In this document: in pieces, positions 19,825 to 29,937 of the stretch
How the letters are laid out: each line of letters begins with the position of its first letter
Position numbering within the stretch: the first letter of the stretch is position 1
Assembly (NCBI GenBank): GCA_963742105.1
Contig: CAVUKN010000005.1
Location: 1,775,884 to 1,839,883, forward strand
Length of the DNA: 64,000 bases
Direction of reading: 5' to 3'
From: an uncultured Acidobacteriota bacterium
Lineage (GTDB): Bacteria; Acidobacteriota; Vicinamibacteria; Vicinamibacterales; UBA2999
Position numbers and translations under genes: made by a program
The notes under the pieces: generated by a model
Seen by the model: only the letters and a program-made list of their open reading frames with translations
Told to the model about the DNA's origin: nothing
Databases searched by the model: none

Positions 19825-22800
19825 ATGCGCCTCGAACGCCTCGAAATTTCCGGCTTCAAGTCCTTTTCTGACCGGGCGGAGCTTGCTTTCGACCGTGGGG
19901 TGACTGCCATCGTCGGCCCCAACGGTTGTGGCAAAAGCAACGTCGCCGACGCCATCACGTGGGTGCTCGGGGAACAGAGTGCGAAGAGCCTCCGCGGGGA
20001 CAAGATGGAAGACGTCATCTTCAGCGGCAGCGACGCGCGCAAGGCAGGTGCGACGGCTGAAGTGCGTCTGCGCCTCGGTGGTCTGCCGGTGCAGCCCAAG
20101 GTCACGGTCGATTCGGTTGCGGGCGTGCTCCCTGCTGCAGAAGTGCTGCGGGAGTTCAGGCCAGTCGCCGTCGAGGGCGAGGAGTCTGGTCAAGCGAACG
20201 GCAACGGGAACGGCAATGGGTACCACGCTGATGAACCGACGCTCGACGCGCTCACGGAAGAGTTCACGCGAGACGTCGAGGTCACCCGGCGACTCTATCG
20301 CTCGGGCGAGAGTGAGTATCTGATCGACGGCGAGGTGTGTCGCCTCAAGGATGTCCATGAGCTGCTGATGGATACCGGCCTGGGCGCGAAGGCCTACGCG
20401 ATCATCGAGCAGGGCAAGATCGGCATGATTCTCAGCTCCCGGCCGACCGACCGCCGTCAGCTGATCGAGGAAGCCGCCGGGATTACGAGATACAAGTCGC
20501 GGCGCCGGGCGGCCGAGCTCAAGCTGGAAGCGGCGCAACAAAACCTCACGCGCATCGACGACATCGTGTTCGAAGTCGAGAAGCAGCGCGGCACGCTCAA
20601 GCGGCAGGCAGCGAAGGCGCGACGCTACAAGAAGCTGCGTGACGAACTGCGTCGATGGGAAAAAGTGCTGTTCGCGAGGCGGTATCGTGAACTGGCGCAC
20701 AGCATCGAGGGGGCGCGAACGCGCCTCGCCGACGCGCGGGAGCGCGAGACGGCGGCCGCCGCTCGCCTTGCCGAGGTCGAGTCAGACCTGAGCCGGCTCC
20801 GCATCGAGCAGGCCGAAGCCGACGCACGTGCCTCCCGCATCCGCGAAGACGCGCATGCGGGTGAACTCGACATCAACCGCCGCCAGCAGCAGCAGGCGTT
20901 CGACCGACAGCAGAGCGAGAACCTGGCCGTCCGCGCCGAGCAGATGGGCGACGAAATCCGCGAGCTCGAGACGCGCCGGGAGCCCGGTCGCCTGGCGCTC
21001 GAATCGCGTCGTGAAACGGCGGCGGATACAGCGCGCCAACGTGAGGAAGCGGCCACCGTCCTCGCCTCGGCCAACGACGACGTGGCGGCGGCGCAGCAGC
21101 GGATCGAAACGCTCGAAGCCGAAGTCGAGCTGGTACGGGGCGACGTCTACCGGGCCGCCAACGCGGCGACGGCACTCCGCCACGCGATACATCACGGGGC
21201 GATGCAGTACGAGCGTGTCGGCGAGACGCTCGGCAAGCTCGATGTCGAACACGGCGACCTGCAACGCGAATCCGAGAAGGTCATTGCGGACCGCGGCGAA
21301 GCGACCAGCGCGCTCACGCGTACCAACGACCATCTGGAGCAGCTGAAGCTGGATCGGGCTGCCCGGGAGTCGGAGCTCACGACGGCGCGCACCGAGTACG
21401 AGTGGCGATCGCGCGAGGTACGCACCCGCGAACAGGATCTTGCTGGGTCAGAGGCCCGCCTTGCGTCGCTCCAGGAACTCGCCTCCAGCCGTGCCGAGTT
21501 CAGCGACGCGGCGCGCATGGTGCTCGTCCAGGCGAATGGCCATGTCGGCCAGCAGGGTGCGGTTGCCGATTACGTCGAAGTCGACAGCCGCTACGAGCGG
21601 GCGGTCGAAGCGTGCCTCGGCGATCTGCTCCAGCATGTGATCGTCGAACGTCACGATCAGGCGGCCGCAGGCCTGTCGCTGGTGCGTGAGCAGGACGCCG
21701 GCCGCTGTGGATTCGTCGTGATCGATCCCGGTTCGAATGGATATCACCCTCACCAGGTCGTGCGTGCGCCCGGCATCACGCCGGTCGCCGACGTCATGCG
21801 CGTGATCGGACCGCACACGACGACGATCCATAAGGTCTTGCCAGAGGCCTACGTTGCCGACACGTTCGATCAGGCGGTCGCGTTCTCGCGCCAGACACCC
21901 GCCGTCGTCGCGACGCTCGACGGGGACGTGTTCCGGGGCCCCCATCTGGTGGCAGGTGGCGCCAAGGTGGAGTCGCGGGGGATTCTCGCCACGCGGCGTG
22001 AAATCAAGGAGCTGTGCGACCGTCTCGAGGCCGACCGCGAGGGACTGCGTCGGCTCGCCGCTGAGGCCGAGGCGCTCGACCTCGCCATCGCGCAGGCGAC
22101 CTCGGCGATCGCCGCGCTCAACAGCGAGCAGCACAGGCTCGAAAAGGACGTCATCGGGTTCAGCGCGCAATTGACGCGCAGCGACGACGATGCAGCCCGC
22201 CTCGCACGAAAGGCCGAAATCATCGCGCTGGAGCGTCGTCGCGCGGAAGAGGAACGGACGGCTCTGGAGGCGCGACGGATCGAGACCGAAGCGTCGATCG
22301 GGCGGCTCTCCGAGGAGCAGGGTGAGGCTGAAGGCCGCCTGTCGGAGGCGCAGCGGCGGCTTGCCGATGCCCGCGAAAACGTGTCGAACCTGAGCGCACG
22401 TGCCGCTGAAGCGAGGGCCACTCACGCAGGATTGGTGGAACGCGCAGCCGCGCTGGCGGCGGAAGTCGGTCGACTCGAAGAAGCCGCACGCGAGCTCGAA
22501 GCACGCGTCGAAGCGCGCCAGAACGAGGTCGAGCAGACACGGGCCAACCGCGAACGCCTCCTGTCCGGTATCGCAGACGGCGAGAGGGCACTCGACGAGA
22601 AGATTCGTGCGCTCGACGAATTGCGCGTGAGCCTGCGATCGGCTGACGAATCTGCCGGTGAGCTGCGGACACGAGTCGACGCGCAGGACGGGGTGATTCG
22701 CGAAGCGCGTCGCATCCTGGAGGAGATCCGCGCCGAAGCCGGGGAGCTCGAAGTGGCCCGCGCGACGGCGGAGAGCGATCTGGCCCATCTGGCGCAGTCA

Positions 22801-23649
22801 TGCGTCGACGCCGTACAGGCGACGCTCGACGAGGTGCTCGCCGACGTCGAGCAGATGGAGGCTGCTGGAGAGACGACGCCCGATGCCGCAGCGATTACCG
22901 CGGATGAGGGTGACCCCGAGGCCGAGGAAGGTGAGATCGCCCCGGTGGCCACTGATGGGGTCCTGACAGAGCCGGCCGCTGAAATCGCTGCTCCCGTCCC
23001 TTCATCGATGAGCGCCGAAGAGGCGATCACCGCGCTGCGAGCGAAGATCGACCGCCTCGGCCCGGTCAACATGATGGCGATCGAGCAGTACGACGAGCTC
23101 GAGACTCGTCACGCGTTCCTGACTACTCAGCGGCAGGATCTGATCGAATCGATCGCCCAGACGTCCGAAGCGATCAAGCGGATCGACGAGACGACGAAGA
23201 CGCGATTCAAGGAAGCGTTCGCGGCAATCCAGCTGAACTTCCAGGTCACGTTCAGCACGCTGTTCGGGGGTGGCCGCGCCGGCCTGACGCTCCTCGACGA
23301 GAACGATCCGCTCGAAAGCGGCATCGACATCGTCGCGTCACCTCCAGGTAAGCGCCTCCAGAGCGTTCAGCTGCTGTCGGGAGGCGAGAAGGCACTGACC
23401 GCCATTGCCTTGATGTTCGCCATCTTCAAGTACAAGCCGAGCCCCTTCTGTCTGCTGGACGAGATCGACGCTCCGCTCGACGACGCGAATGTCAGCCGGT
23501 TCGTGGAGATGCTGCGCGGCATGCTCGACCGGACGCAGTTCATCCTGATCACCCACAACCGCCGGACGATGGAGATCGCTAACCGTCTCTACGGCGTGAC
23601 GATGGAGGAGCCTGGCGTCTCCAAGCTGGTTTCGGTCCAGTTGAACTAA
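19825..23649 (+). CDS. smc: chromosome segregation protein SMC
   Basis: Walker A: FKSFSDRAELAFDRGVTAIVGPNGCGKSNVADAI. Long coiled coils, a hinge (..VERHDQAAAGLSLVRE..), the signature LSGGEKALTAIALMFAIF and Walker B CLLDEIDAPLDD. Intact over 3.8 kb. Confidence 0.95.
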   Translation: MRLERLEISGFKSFSDRAELAFDRGVTAIVGPNGCGKSNVADAITWVLGEQSAKSLRGDKMEDVIFSGSDARKAGATAEVRLRLGGLPVQPKVTVDSVAGVLPAAEVLREFRPVAVEGEESGQANGNGNGNGYHADEPTLDALTEEFTRDVEVTRRLYRSGESEYLIDGEVCRLKDVHELLMDTGLGAKAYAIIEQGKIGMILSSRPTDRRQLIEEAAGITRYKSRRRAAELKLEAAQQNLTRIDDIVFEVEKQRGTLKRQAAKARRYKKLRDELRRWEKVLFARRYRELAHSIEGARTRLADARERETAAAARLAEVESDLSRLRIEQAEADARASRIREDAHAGELDINRRQQQQAFDRQQSENLAVRAEQMGDEIRELETRREPGRLALESRRETAADTARQREEAATVLASANDDVAAAQQRIETLEAEVELVRGDVYRAANAATALRHAIHHGAMQYERVGETLGKLDVEHGDLQRESEKVIADRGEATSALTRTNDHLEQLKLDRAARESELTTARTEYEWRSREVRTREQDLAGSEARLASLQELASSRAEFSDAARMVLVQANGHVGQQGAVADYVEVDSRYERAVEACLGDLLQHVIVERHDQAAAGLSLVREQDAGRCGFVVIDPGSNGYHPHQVVRAPGITPVADVMRVIGPHTTTIHKVLPEAYVADTFDQAVAFSRQTPAVVATLDGDVFRGPHLVAGGAKVESRGILATRREIKELCDRLEADREGLRRLAAEAEALDLAIAQATSAIAALNSEQHRLEKDVIGFSAQLTRSDDDAARLARKAEIIALERRRAEEERTALEARRIETEASIGRLSEEQGEAEGRLSEAQRRLADARENVSNLSARAAEARATHAGLVERAAALAAEVGRLEEAARELEARVEARQNEVEQTRANRERLLSGIADGERALDEKIRALDELRVSLRSADESAGELRTRVDAQDGVIREARRILEEIRAEAGELEVARATAESDLAHLAQSCVDAVQATLDEVLADVEQMEAAGETTPDAAAITADEGDPEAEEGEIAPVATDGVLTEPAAEIAAPVPSSMSAEEAITALRAKIDRLGPVNMMAIEQYDELETRHAFLTTQRQDLIESIAQTSEAIKRIDETTKTRFKEAFAAIQLNFQVTFSTLFGGGRAGLTLLDENDPLESGIDIVASPPGKRLQSVQLLSGGEKALTAIALMFAIFKYKPSPFCLLDEIDAPLDDANVSRFVEMLRGMLDRTQFILITHNRRTMEIANRLYGVTMEEPGVSKLVSVQLN

Positions 23650-23686
23650 GCTTCCGTAACCGACGTAAGGAGTCGCCGGAGGCCTC

Positions 23687-24553
23687 ATGAGACTTCGTCC
23701 TGTACCCTTGTCCGCGTTGGTCCTGACGGCAACCCTCGGTGCCGGCTGCGACGTGCACGTCGGGGAGAACGGTGTCTCGCTCGATGTGGCGAGCGGCAAG
23801 GCGCGCGAGGAGTGGAGCCGGACCTACACGCTCGCCCCAGGCGGTGATCTCGAGATCGTCAACGTCAACGGCGCGATCAATGTGGACGCGGGAACGGGAC
23901 CACAGGTCGAGGTGAAGGCAATCCGTCAGGCGCGTGCCCCCTCGGACGAAGAGGCGCAGGCCCTGCTGAAGGAGACGCAGATCACCGAAGAGGTGTCACG
24001 AGACCGCGTGTCGATTCGAACGTCGAATGGCAACGGCGTACTCCGTGGCCGCCGCTCCATGAACGTCGAGTATCAGGTGCGTGTGCCTGCGGGCACACAG
24101 GTGAACGTCAAGACGGAGAACGGCGGGATTGGTCTGCACGGCGTGGATGGGACCGTCACGGCGTCGACAACGAACGGCGGCATCCGCGGCACCAACCTGG
24201 CCGGCGCGGTGTCCGCGCACATCGTCAATGGCGGAATCGTGATGGAAGTCGCGCGCGTGGCCGGTCCGATTCAGCTCGACGCGATCAACGGCGGCATCCG
24301 GCTCGACATACCCACCACAGTCAATGCGGACGTCGACGCGCATGCCGTCAATGGCGGCGTCTCGACGGAGGACGGTTTTCCGATCAGCGTGTCCGAACGC
24401 AGCAGGACACGCGTCGCAGGGAAGATGAACGCCGGTGGGACGTCCATTTCGCTGAGCACCGTGAACGGCGGCGTCCGCATCGGCACGTTCAAGCCGGGCG
24501 AAGGCGCTCCAGCGGGCCAGAAGGAAGCGTTGCGCCGCCCGCCGGGGACGTAG
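23687..24553 (+). CDS. DUF4097-like beta-strand-repeat lipoprotein (putative adhesin fold)
   Basis: Lipobox LTATLGAG|C. Repeated NGGI/NGAI strands (NVNGAINVDA, TENGGIGLHG, TTNGGIRGTN, IVNGGIVMEV, AINGGIRLDI, AVNGGVSTED, TVNGGVRIGT). Confidence 0.6.
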   Translation: MRLRPVPLSALVLTATLGAGCDVHVGENGVSLDVASGKAREEWSRTYTLAPGGDLEIVNVNGAINVDAGTGPQVEVKAIRQARAPSDEEAQALLKETQITEEVSRDRVSIRTSNGNGVLRGRRSMNVEYQVRVPAGTQVNVKTENGGIGLHGVDGTVTASTTNGGIRGTNLAGAVSAHIVNGGIVMEVARVAGPIQLDAINGGIRLDIPTTVNADVDAHAVNGGVSTEDGFPISVSERSRTRVAGKMNAGGTSISLSTVNGGVRIGTFKPGEGAPAGQKEALRRPPGT

Positions 24554-24554
24554 C

Positions 24555-24574
24555 GGCGGGGCTTCAGCCCCGCC
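24555..24574 (+). terminator. stem-loop immediately 3' of the DUF4097-like gene
   Basis: GGCGGGGC-TTCA-GCCCCGCC, a perfect 8-bp GC stem starting 2 nt after the stop. No T-tract follows. Confidence 0.35.
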
Positions 24575-24615
24575 TCGCGACACAGCCTGCTCCAAGCGGT
24601 CCCCTTATCGACCTG

Positions 24616-25731
24616 ATGGCCAACGAGGACAAGGCGACGCGCTATCACCGGCTGCAGCGTCGGGCATCGCTGCTGGCGACGGTGACCGGCGCGGCCCTGC
24701 TGCTGCTGCTTGTGGTCACCGGCGTGTCGGCGGCCATTCGATCCGCCGTCGATCGTTCCACCGGTGGTGCATTCCCGCTGACGGTTATGGCATACGTCGC
24801 CGTGGTGTTCCTCCTGTACGAGCTCACCCAGCTGCCGTTCGCGTACTACCAGGGCGTCGCGCTCGAGCAGCGCTATGGTCTCTCCACCGAAACGCGCCAG
24901 CACTGGTGGATGAACCACGTCAAGGCGGCAGCACTGGGAGTGTCGTTCGCCGCCCTCGCCGCGCTGCTGGTGGTAGCGCTGGTGCGGTGGAGTCCGGAGT
25001 GGTGGTGGGTGATCGCCGCGGCGGCGTTCGTCCTGATTCTGGTCGGCCTGGCGCAACTGGCACCCGTGCTCCTGTTGCCGCTGTTCTACGACGTGAAGCC
25101 GCTCAACCGACCGGAACTCGTCGCGCGGCTGGTCGCGCTTGCCGGGCGGTCAGGCGCGCGTGTGATCGGCGTGTTCGAGTGGAGACTGAGCGACCGTACC
25201 CGCAAGGCCAACGCTGCCCTCACCGGAATCGGTCGAACACGACGCATCCTGCTTTCCGACACCCTTCTTCGCGAGCACTCGGACGAGGAGATCGAGGTGA
25301 TCCTCGCCCACGAACTCGCGCACCATGTCCACCGGGACATCTGGTCGGGAATCGCTCTTGAGACCGTGCTGATTGCGGCCGGGTTCTTTGTCGCCGATCG
25401 GGCCCTGGTCATGATCGATGGATCGTTCGGGCTATCCGGGAAGGGTGACGTGGCGGCGCTACCGCTCCTGCTCCTGGCCGCCGGCGCGGTGTCCGTCGTC
25501 TTCCTGCCGCTCGCCAACGGGCTGTCGCGGGCGCACGAACGCCGGGCCGATCAGTACGCACTGGAGATGACGCGCAATGCAGACGCGTTCGTGACGGCGA
25601 TGAAGCGGCTGGCAGCTCAGAACCTGGCGGAGGAGCAGCCTTCCCCGATTGTCGAATGGCTGCTGCATTCGCATCCATCGACCCGTTCGCGCATAGAGGC
25701 GGCGCGCCGATGGGCGGCAGAGCACTTGTGA
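24616..25731 (+). CDS. M48 family zinc metallopeptidase (Ste24/HtpX-like), membrane-bound
   Basis: Several TM segments, the HEXXH motif in IEVILAHELAHHVHRD, and a downstream ..RRADQYALEM.. region typical of M48. Confidence 0.8.
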   Translation: MANEDKATRYHRLQRRASLLATVTGAALLLLLVVTGVSAAIRSAVDRSTGGAFPLTVMAYVAVVFLLYELTQLPFAYYQGVALEQRYGLSTETRQHWWMNHVKAAALGVSFAALAALLVVALVRWSPEWWWVIAAAAFVLILVGLAQLAPVLLLPLFYDVKPLNRPELVARLVALAGRSGARVIGVFEWRLSDRTRKANAALTGIGRTRRILLSDTLLREHSDEEIEVILAHELAHHVHRDIWSGIALETVLIAAGFFVADRALVMIDGSFGLSGKGDVAALPLLLLAAGAVSVVFLPLANGLSRAHERRADQYALEMTRNADAFVTAMKRLAAQNLAEEQPSPIVEWLLHSHPSTRSRIEAARRWAAEHL

Positions 25732-25839
25732 TTTGCGATTTGTGATTTAGGATTTGCGATCTCTGATCTGTGATTTGAGATTCGAGGCCCGGCAGTGACG
25801 TCTTCACAAATCACAAATCACCAAATCCAATCCAAATTG
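25729..25839. repeat. heptad-array hairpin E5 (TGATTTG/CAAATCA flavour)
   Basis: TGATTTGCGATTTGTGATTTAGGATTTGCGATCTCTGATCTGTGATTTGAGATT ..loop.. CACAAATCACAAATCACCAAATCCAATCCAAATT. It fills the convergent junction between the M48 and cupredoxin-like genes. Confidence 0.85.
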
Positions 25840-25840
25840 T

Positions 25841-26245
25841 TTACCGTGCCCTGACGACCAACTCCCCCTTCATCGTCTTGTGACGTGAGTCCGACGTCAG
25901 GTTCGAGTAGAAGGGGAATTCGCCGACCCGGTCGGCCCGGAACTCGAACGTGACCTCGCCACCGGCGGGAATGCGCTTGGAGACGCGGTATTCATCGATC
26001 GTCAGGCTATACGCGACGTCGGTGCTTCGAACAGTCAGCTTCACCAGCTCGTCCTGCTTGACTTCAAGACGGTCCGGCGTGAAGCGGTAATTGCTCGCGG
26101 TCAGGTCGAATTCGCGACGGTTCGGCATCTGCTCCTGGCCGGCCGGCGCGCCGGATGCGAACAGGCGCGAGGCTGCCGGGCCGGCGATCAGGCAGGCGCC
26201 TGCGCCGATGAGCAGAAACCCGAGGAGGCGGCTGGTGCTTTTCAT
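25841..26245 (-). CDS. cupredoxin-like domain protein, secreted (the canonical Cys ligand appears replaced)
   Basis: Signal peptide MKSTSRLLGFLLIGAGACLIAG. Beta-sandwich pattern FTPDRLEVKQDELVKLTVRS..GGEVTFEFRADRVGEFPFYSNLTSDSRHKTMKGELVV. This resembles the F.C...H..GM.G.L.V tail of cupredoxins but has Ser in place of Cys. Confidence 0.5.
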   Translation of the reverse strand: MKSTSRLLGFLLIGAGACLIAGPAASRLFASGAPAGQEQMPNRREFDLTASNYRFTPDRLEVKQDELVKLTVRSTDVAYSLTIDEYRVSKRIPAGGEVTFEFRADRVGEFPFYSNLTSDSRHKTMKGELVVRAR

Positions 26246-26290
26246 GACGGATTCGGGGCGACGCCCGATCCTTGCACCAGTTTAGACGAC

Positions 26291-26340
26291 AAGAGGCCGC
26301 TCGAAGGCGGCCTCTTCAACGGCCGGGGTCATTTCCGGCC
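26291..26340 (-). terminator. tandem stem-loops 3' of pnp
   Basis: GGCCGG-N8-CCGGCC (26321-26340) and AAGAGGCCGC-N6-GCGGCCTCTT (26291-26316). On the minus strand the second is followed by GTCGTCTAAA, a weak U-tract. Confidence 0.5.
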
Positions 26341-26360
26341 AACGATCTGCACTGAAGCGC

Positions 26361-28514
26361 TTACTTCTTCGCCACTTCCTGTGGCGGCTCGTCCTGCAGC
26401 AGCGCCTTGCGACTGAGCCGGATCTTGCCGGTCGGGTCGATGTTGATGACCTTGACCATGATCTGCTGCCCTTCCTTCAGCTCATCCCGCACGTCCTTGA
26501 CGCGATGGTTGGCGATTTCGGAAACGTGGAGCAGTCCGTCCGTGCCGGCCATGATTTCCACAAATGCACCGAAGTCGGTGATCCGCTGCACCTTCCCCAG
26601 ATACGTCTTGTTCAACTCGGGAGTGGCGGTGAGCTCCTGAATGATGGAGATCGCCTTGGCCGCCGACTCTCCGTCAGCGGAGGCGACGTTGACCGTGCCG
26701 TTGTCCTCGACGTCGATCTTCACGCCCGTCCGCTCGATGATGCTGCGGATCATCTTGCCGCCCGGGCCGATGACGTCGCGGATCTTGTCGACCGGAATCT
26801 TGATGGTGACGATCCGCGGCGCGAACGCGGACATGCTGCCGCGCGGCGACGAGATCGTCTTTGCCATCTCGGCCAGGATGTGCAGGCGGCCGGCCTTCGC
26901 CTGCTCCAGCGCCTTGGCCATGATCTCCGACGTGATCCCGGAGACCTTGATGTCCATCTGTAGGGCAGTGATGCCGGTCGCCGTCCCGGCAACCTTGAAG
27001 TCCATGTCGCCGTAATGATCCTCGGCTCCGGCGATGTCGGAGAGCACGGCCCACTTGCCGGTCTTCTCGTCCATGATCAGACCCATGGCGATGCCAGCGA
27101 CCGGTGACTTGATCGGCACGCCCGCGTCCATCATCGCCATCGAGCCGCCGCAGACCGAGGCCATCGACGACGATCCGTTCGACTCGAGAATGTCGGAGAC
27201 GATGCGGACCGTGTAGGCGAACTTGTCGGAGTCGGGTACCACCGGCGCAAGCGCGCGCTCGGCGAGCGCGCCGTGGCCGATCTCGCGGCGGCCGGGGCCG
27301 GTGAAGCGGCCGACTTCGCCCACCGAGAAGGGCGGGAAGTTGTAGTGCAGCATGAACCGCTTGTAGTACTCGCCGGTCACATGCTCGACCTTCTGCTCGT
27401 CGTCAGCCGTGCCGAGGGTGCAGGTGACCAGCGCCTGGGTTTCGCCCCGGGTGAAGACGACAGAGCCGTGTACGCGCGGGAGGACGCTTGCCTCGCTCCA
27501 GATCGGGCGGATCTCGTCGAACTTGCGGCCATCGAGACGGACGCTCTTGTTCAGCACCTCGTCGCGAAGCACTCTTTCCTTGAGACCGTGGAAGATGTGC
27601 TTTGCTGCCGCGCGCGATTCCGCCGCCGACTCGTCGTCCGGCAGGCTGGACAGGAAGGCGCTCAGCACTTCATCGACGGTGCCGTAGCTTTCGAGCTTGT
27701 CCTTGATCCGCATGGCTTCCGCCAGCGGTCCGAACATCCTCGTTTCGGCCTCGCTGTGGAAGTCGGCGTCGACATGCTTGGCCGAGACGGAGAGCTTCGT
27801 CTTTCCGGAAGCGGCGGTGAGTTCTTCGATGCCGGCGACGATGTCCTTGATGGCGGCGTGTGCCGCTTCGAGCGCACCGACGACTTCAGGCTCGCTGACC
27901 TCCTTCGCGCCCGCCTCCACCATCACGATGCCGTCTTTGCTGCCGGCAACGATGAGGTCGAGCGTGCTCTGCTTGCGCTCTTCGTGCGTCGGGTTGATCA
28001 CGTAGCCGCCGTTCACCATGCCGACACGGACGCCGGCGATCGGTTTGACGAACGGAATCTCCGACAGCGCGAGCGCGGCTGACGCACCGGTGATGGCGAG
28101 GACGTCGCCGTCGTTTTCCGTGTCAGCGGAGAGCAGCATCGCGATGATCTGCGTCTCGTAACGCCACCCCTCCGGGAAGAGCGGGCGGATCGGGCGATCG
28201 ATCAGCCGGCTGGTCAGGATTTCCTTTTCCGGCGGCTTGCCTTCACGCTTGAAGAACCCGCCGGGGATGCGACCCGAGGCGTAGGTGTATTCGCGATAGT
28301 CGACCGTCAGCGGCAGGAAATCGATGCCTTCCCGCGGGCTGGCGGCATGACACGCGGTGACGAGCACCATGGTGTCGCCGGAGCGAACGATGACGGCACC
28401 GTCGGCCTGTTTGGCGAGTTTGCCGGTCTCGATGGAGATGGAGCGCGATCCGACGCGGATCTCGCGCTTCTGCAGATTCACATTGTGCATAGCGTTGGTC
28501 GAGCCTTCTTTCAC
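26361..28514 (-). CDS. pnp: polyribonucleotide nucleotidyltransferase (PNPase)
   Basis: Two RNase PH domains (ISIETGKLAKQADGAVIV, ..FTGPGRREIGHGALAERAL..), a KH domain (IKIPVDKIRDVIGPGGKMIRSI) and an S1 domain (YLGKVQRITDFGAFVEI..GLLHVSEI). An alternative start is ATG 28490. Intact. Confidence 0.95.
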   Translation of the reverse strand: MKEGSTNAMHNVNLQKREIRVGSRSISIETGKLAKQADGAVIVRSGDTMVLVTACHAASPREGIDFLPLTVDYREYTYASGRIPGGFFKREGKPPEKEILTSRLIDRPIRPLFPEGWRYETQIIAMLLSADTENDGDVLAITGASAALALSEIPFVKPIAGVRVGMVNGGYVINPTHEERKQSTLDLIVAGSKDGIVMVEAGAKEVSEPEVVGALEAAHAAIKDIVAGIEELTAASGKTKLSVSAKHVDADFHSEAETRMFGPLAEAMRIKDKLESYGTVDEVLSAFLSSLPDDESAAESRAAAKHIFHGLKERVLRDEVLNKSVRLDGRKFDEIRPIWSEASVLPRVHGSVVFTRGETQALVTCTLGTADDEQKVEHVTGEYYKRFMLHYNFPPFSVGEVGRFTGPGRREIGHGALAERALAPVVPDSDKFAYTVRIVSDILESNGSSSMASVCGGSMAMMDAGVPIKSPVAGIAMGLIMDEKTGKWAVLSDIAGAEDHYGDMDFKVAGTATGITALQMDIKVSGITSEIMAKALEQAKAGRLHILAEMAKTISSPRGSMSAFAPRIVTIKIPVDKIRDVIGPGGKMIRSIIERTGVKIDVEDNGTVNVASADGESAAKAISIIQELTATPELNKTYLGKVQRITDFGAFVEIMAGTDGLLHVSEIANHRVKDVRDELKEGQQIMVKVINIDPTGKIRLSRKALLQDEPPQEVAKK

Positions 28515-28539
28515 CGGGACCGCTTCACGGATCCTCGGC

Positions 28540-28809
28540 CTACTTGCGGATGCCGAGACGACGGATCAGATCCGCGTAGCGTTCCGAGTCCTTGCTCTTG
28601 AGATAGTCGAGCAGCCGCCGGCGCTGGCCGACCAGCTTGAGGAGGCCGCGACGTGAGTGGTGGTCCTTTGCGTGCGTCTTGAAATGTTCGGTGAGGTAGT
28701 TGATCCGCTCACTGAGAAGCGCGACCTGAACTTCAGGGGACCCGGTATCGCTGTCGTGTGTTTTGTAGGTTCCGATAAGGTCGGTCTTGCGGTCCTTGCT
28801 CAACGCCAC
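28540..28809 (-). CDS. rpsO: 30S ribosomal protein S15
   Basis: GTG 28809 is preceded by GGAGGA. Product [70 protein letters not shown] (89 aa). Confidence 0.95.
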   Translation of the reverse strand: MALSKDRKTDLIGTYKTHDSDTGSPEVQVALLSERINYLTEHFKTHAKDHHSRRGLLKLVGQRRRLLDYLKSKDSERYADLIRRLGIRK

Positions 28810-28947
28810 TGCTGTTTCCTCCACGTGCGGCCCAGGAAGCGACATGCGCCACCGGACTCGCCGTATGTTCATTCGTCGGTCCGCTCGTGCTTCTGCGGAG
28901 CGCGGCCCACAGACGGAGCTAACTCTGGTTCCCGTAAAGGGTTAATT

Positions 28948-29898
28948 TTAGTTCAGCACCACCGCCGGATGCAAAGACCCGGGGGAATTTCCCGCCGTTG
29001 CCAACGCCAGCAGGTGACCGTGACTGTCGAACAGGCGGACCCAGGTAGCTTGGGGCGTCGGGCTCCGGGCCGCGGGCTCCGGATCGTGCGCCCTGGACGC
29101 CGGTTGATACTGGCCCGGTTCAAGCTCCCGCCCATGCCCGACCCAGACCCGACCCTCTTCGGTCACGACGACCGCGGGAAACGCCTGAAGCAGCTTCTCC
29201 ATGGGGAACAGCCAGTCAGTGAGTGTCTCCCGGCTTCCTTCACGGGCACCAGGCCCGTCCGCGTCGCCAAAGAGGCTGTCCAGCGACATCGCCTCATCCA
29301 GCCGGAACTCGCCGCTGCGCGTGCGCTGCAAGGCGGTCAGGTACGCGCCGGTGCCGACGGTCTGCCCGAGGTCGTGCGCGAACGACCGCACGTAGAACCC
29401 GGCCGAGCAGGTCAGCTCGATCTCGACGGTCCAGCCGTCGAACGCGACGACGCCAGCGCGCATGACCTGGACCGGAACCGCGGTCAACGTGACCTCCTCG
29501 TTCCGCCGCGCCATGTCATAGGCGCGACGGCCGGCGACCTTCTTGGCCGAGAACGCGGGCGGCAGTTGCTCGTTCCGTCCGCACAGGTCCGTGAGCGCGG
29601 CGTCGAGCGCGGCCCGGTCCGGATGGCGATCGCTGCGCGACGTCTCGTCACCATCCGCGTCGTAGGAGTCCGTGGTCGCTCCGAAACGGATGGTGGCGAC
29701 GTAATCCTTGTCCGAGCTGGTGAGGAAGCGCACCAGGCGTGTCGCCCGGCCGATCGCCAGCGGGAGAACACCTGTGGCCAGCGGATCGAGGGTTCCGGTG
29801 TGGCCGATGCGTGACTCGCGCAGCGCCCGGCGCGCCGCTGCGACGACATCGTGCGATGTCAGGCCCGGCGGCTTGTCGATGACGAGAACGCCGTCCAT
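28948..29898 (-). CDS. truB: tRNA pseudouridine(55) synthase
   Basis: MDGVLVIDKPPGLTSHDVV..RIGHTGTLDPLATGVLPLAIGRATRL with the catalytic Asp motif. Intact. Confidence 0.9.
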   Translation of the reverse strand: MDGVLVIDKPPGLTSHDVVAAARRALRESRIGHTGTLDPLATGVLPLAIGRATRLVRFLTSSDKDYVATIRFGATTDSYDADGDETSRSDRHPDRAALDAALTDLCGRNEQLPPAFSAKKVAGRRAYDMARRNEEVTLTAVPVQVMRAGVVAFDGWTVEIELTCSAGFYVRSFAHDLGQTVGTGAYLTALQRTRSGEFRLDEAMSLDSLFGDADGPGAREGSRETLTDWLFPMEKLLQAFPAVVVTEEGRVWVGHGRELEPGQYQPASRAHDPEPAARSPTPQATWVRLFDSHGHLLALATAGNSPGSLHPAVVLN

Positions 29899-29908
29899 AG
29901 GGAGAATC

Positions 29909-29937
29909 CTAGCTGGTAGCTGGCTACCGGCTACCAG
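29909..29937. repeat. short heptad hairpin E6 (TAGCTGG/CTACCNG flavour)
   Basis: CTAGCTGGTAGCTGG-CTACCGGCTACCAG, two units per arm. The right arm overlaps the last codons and stop of nrnA. Confidence 0.5.
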
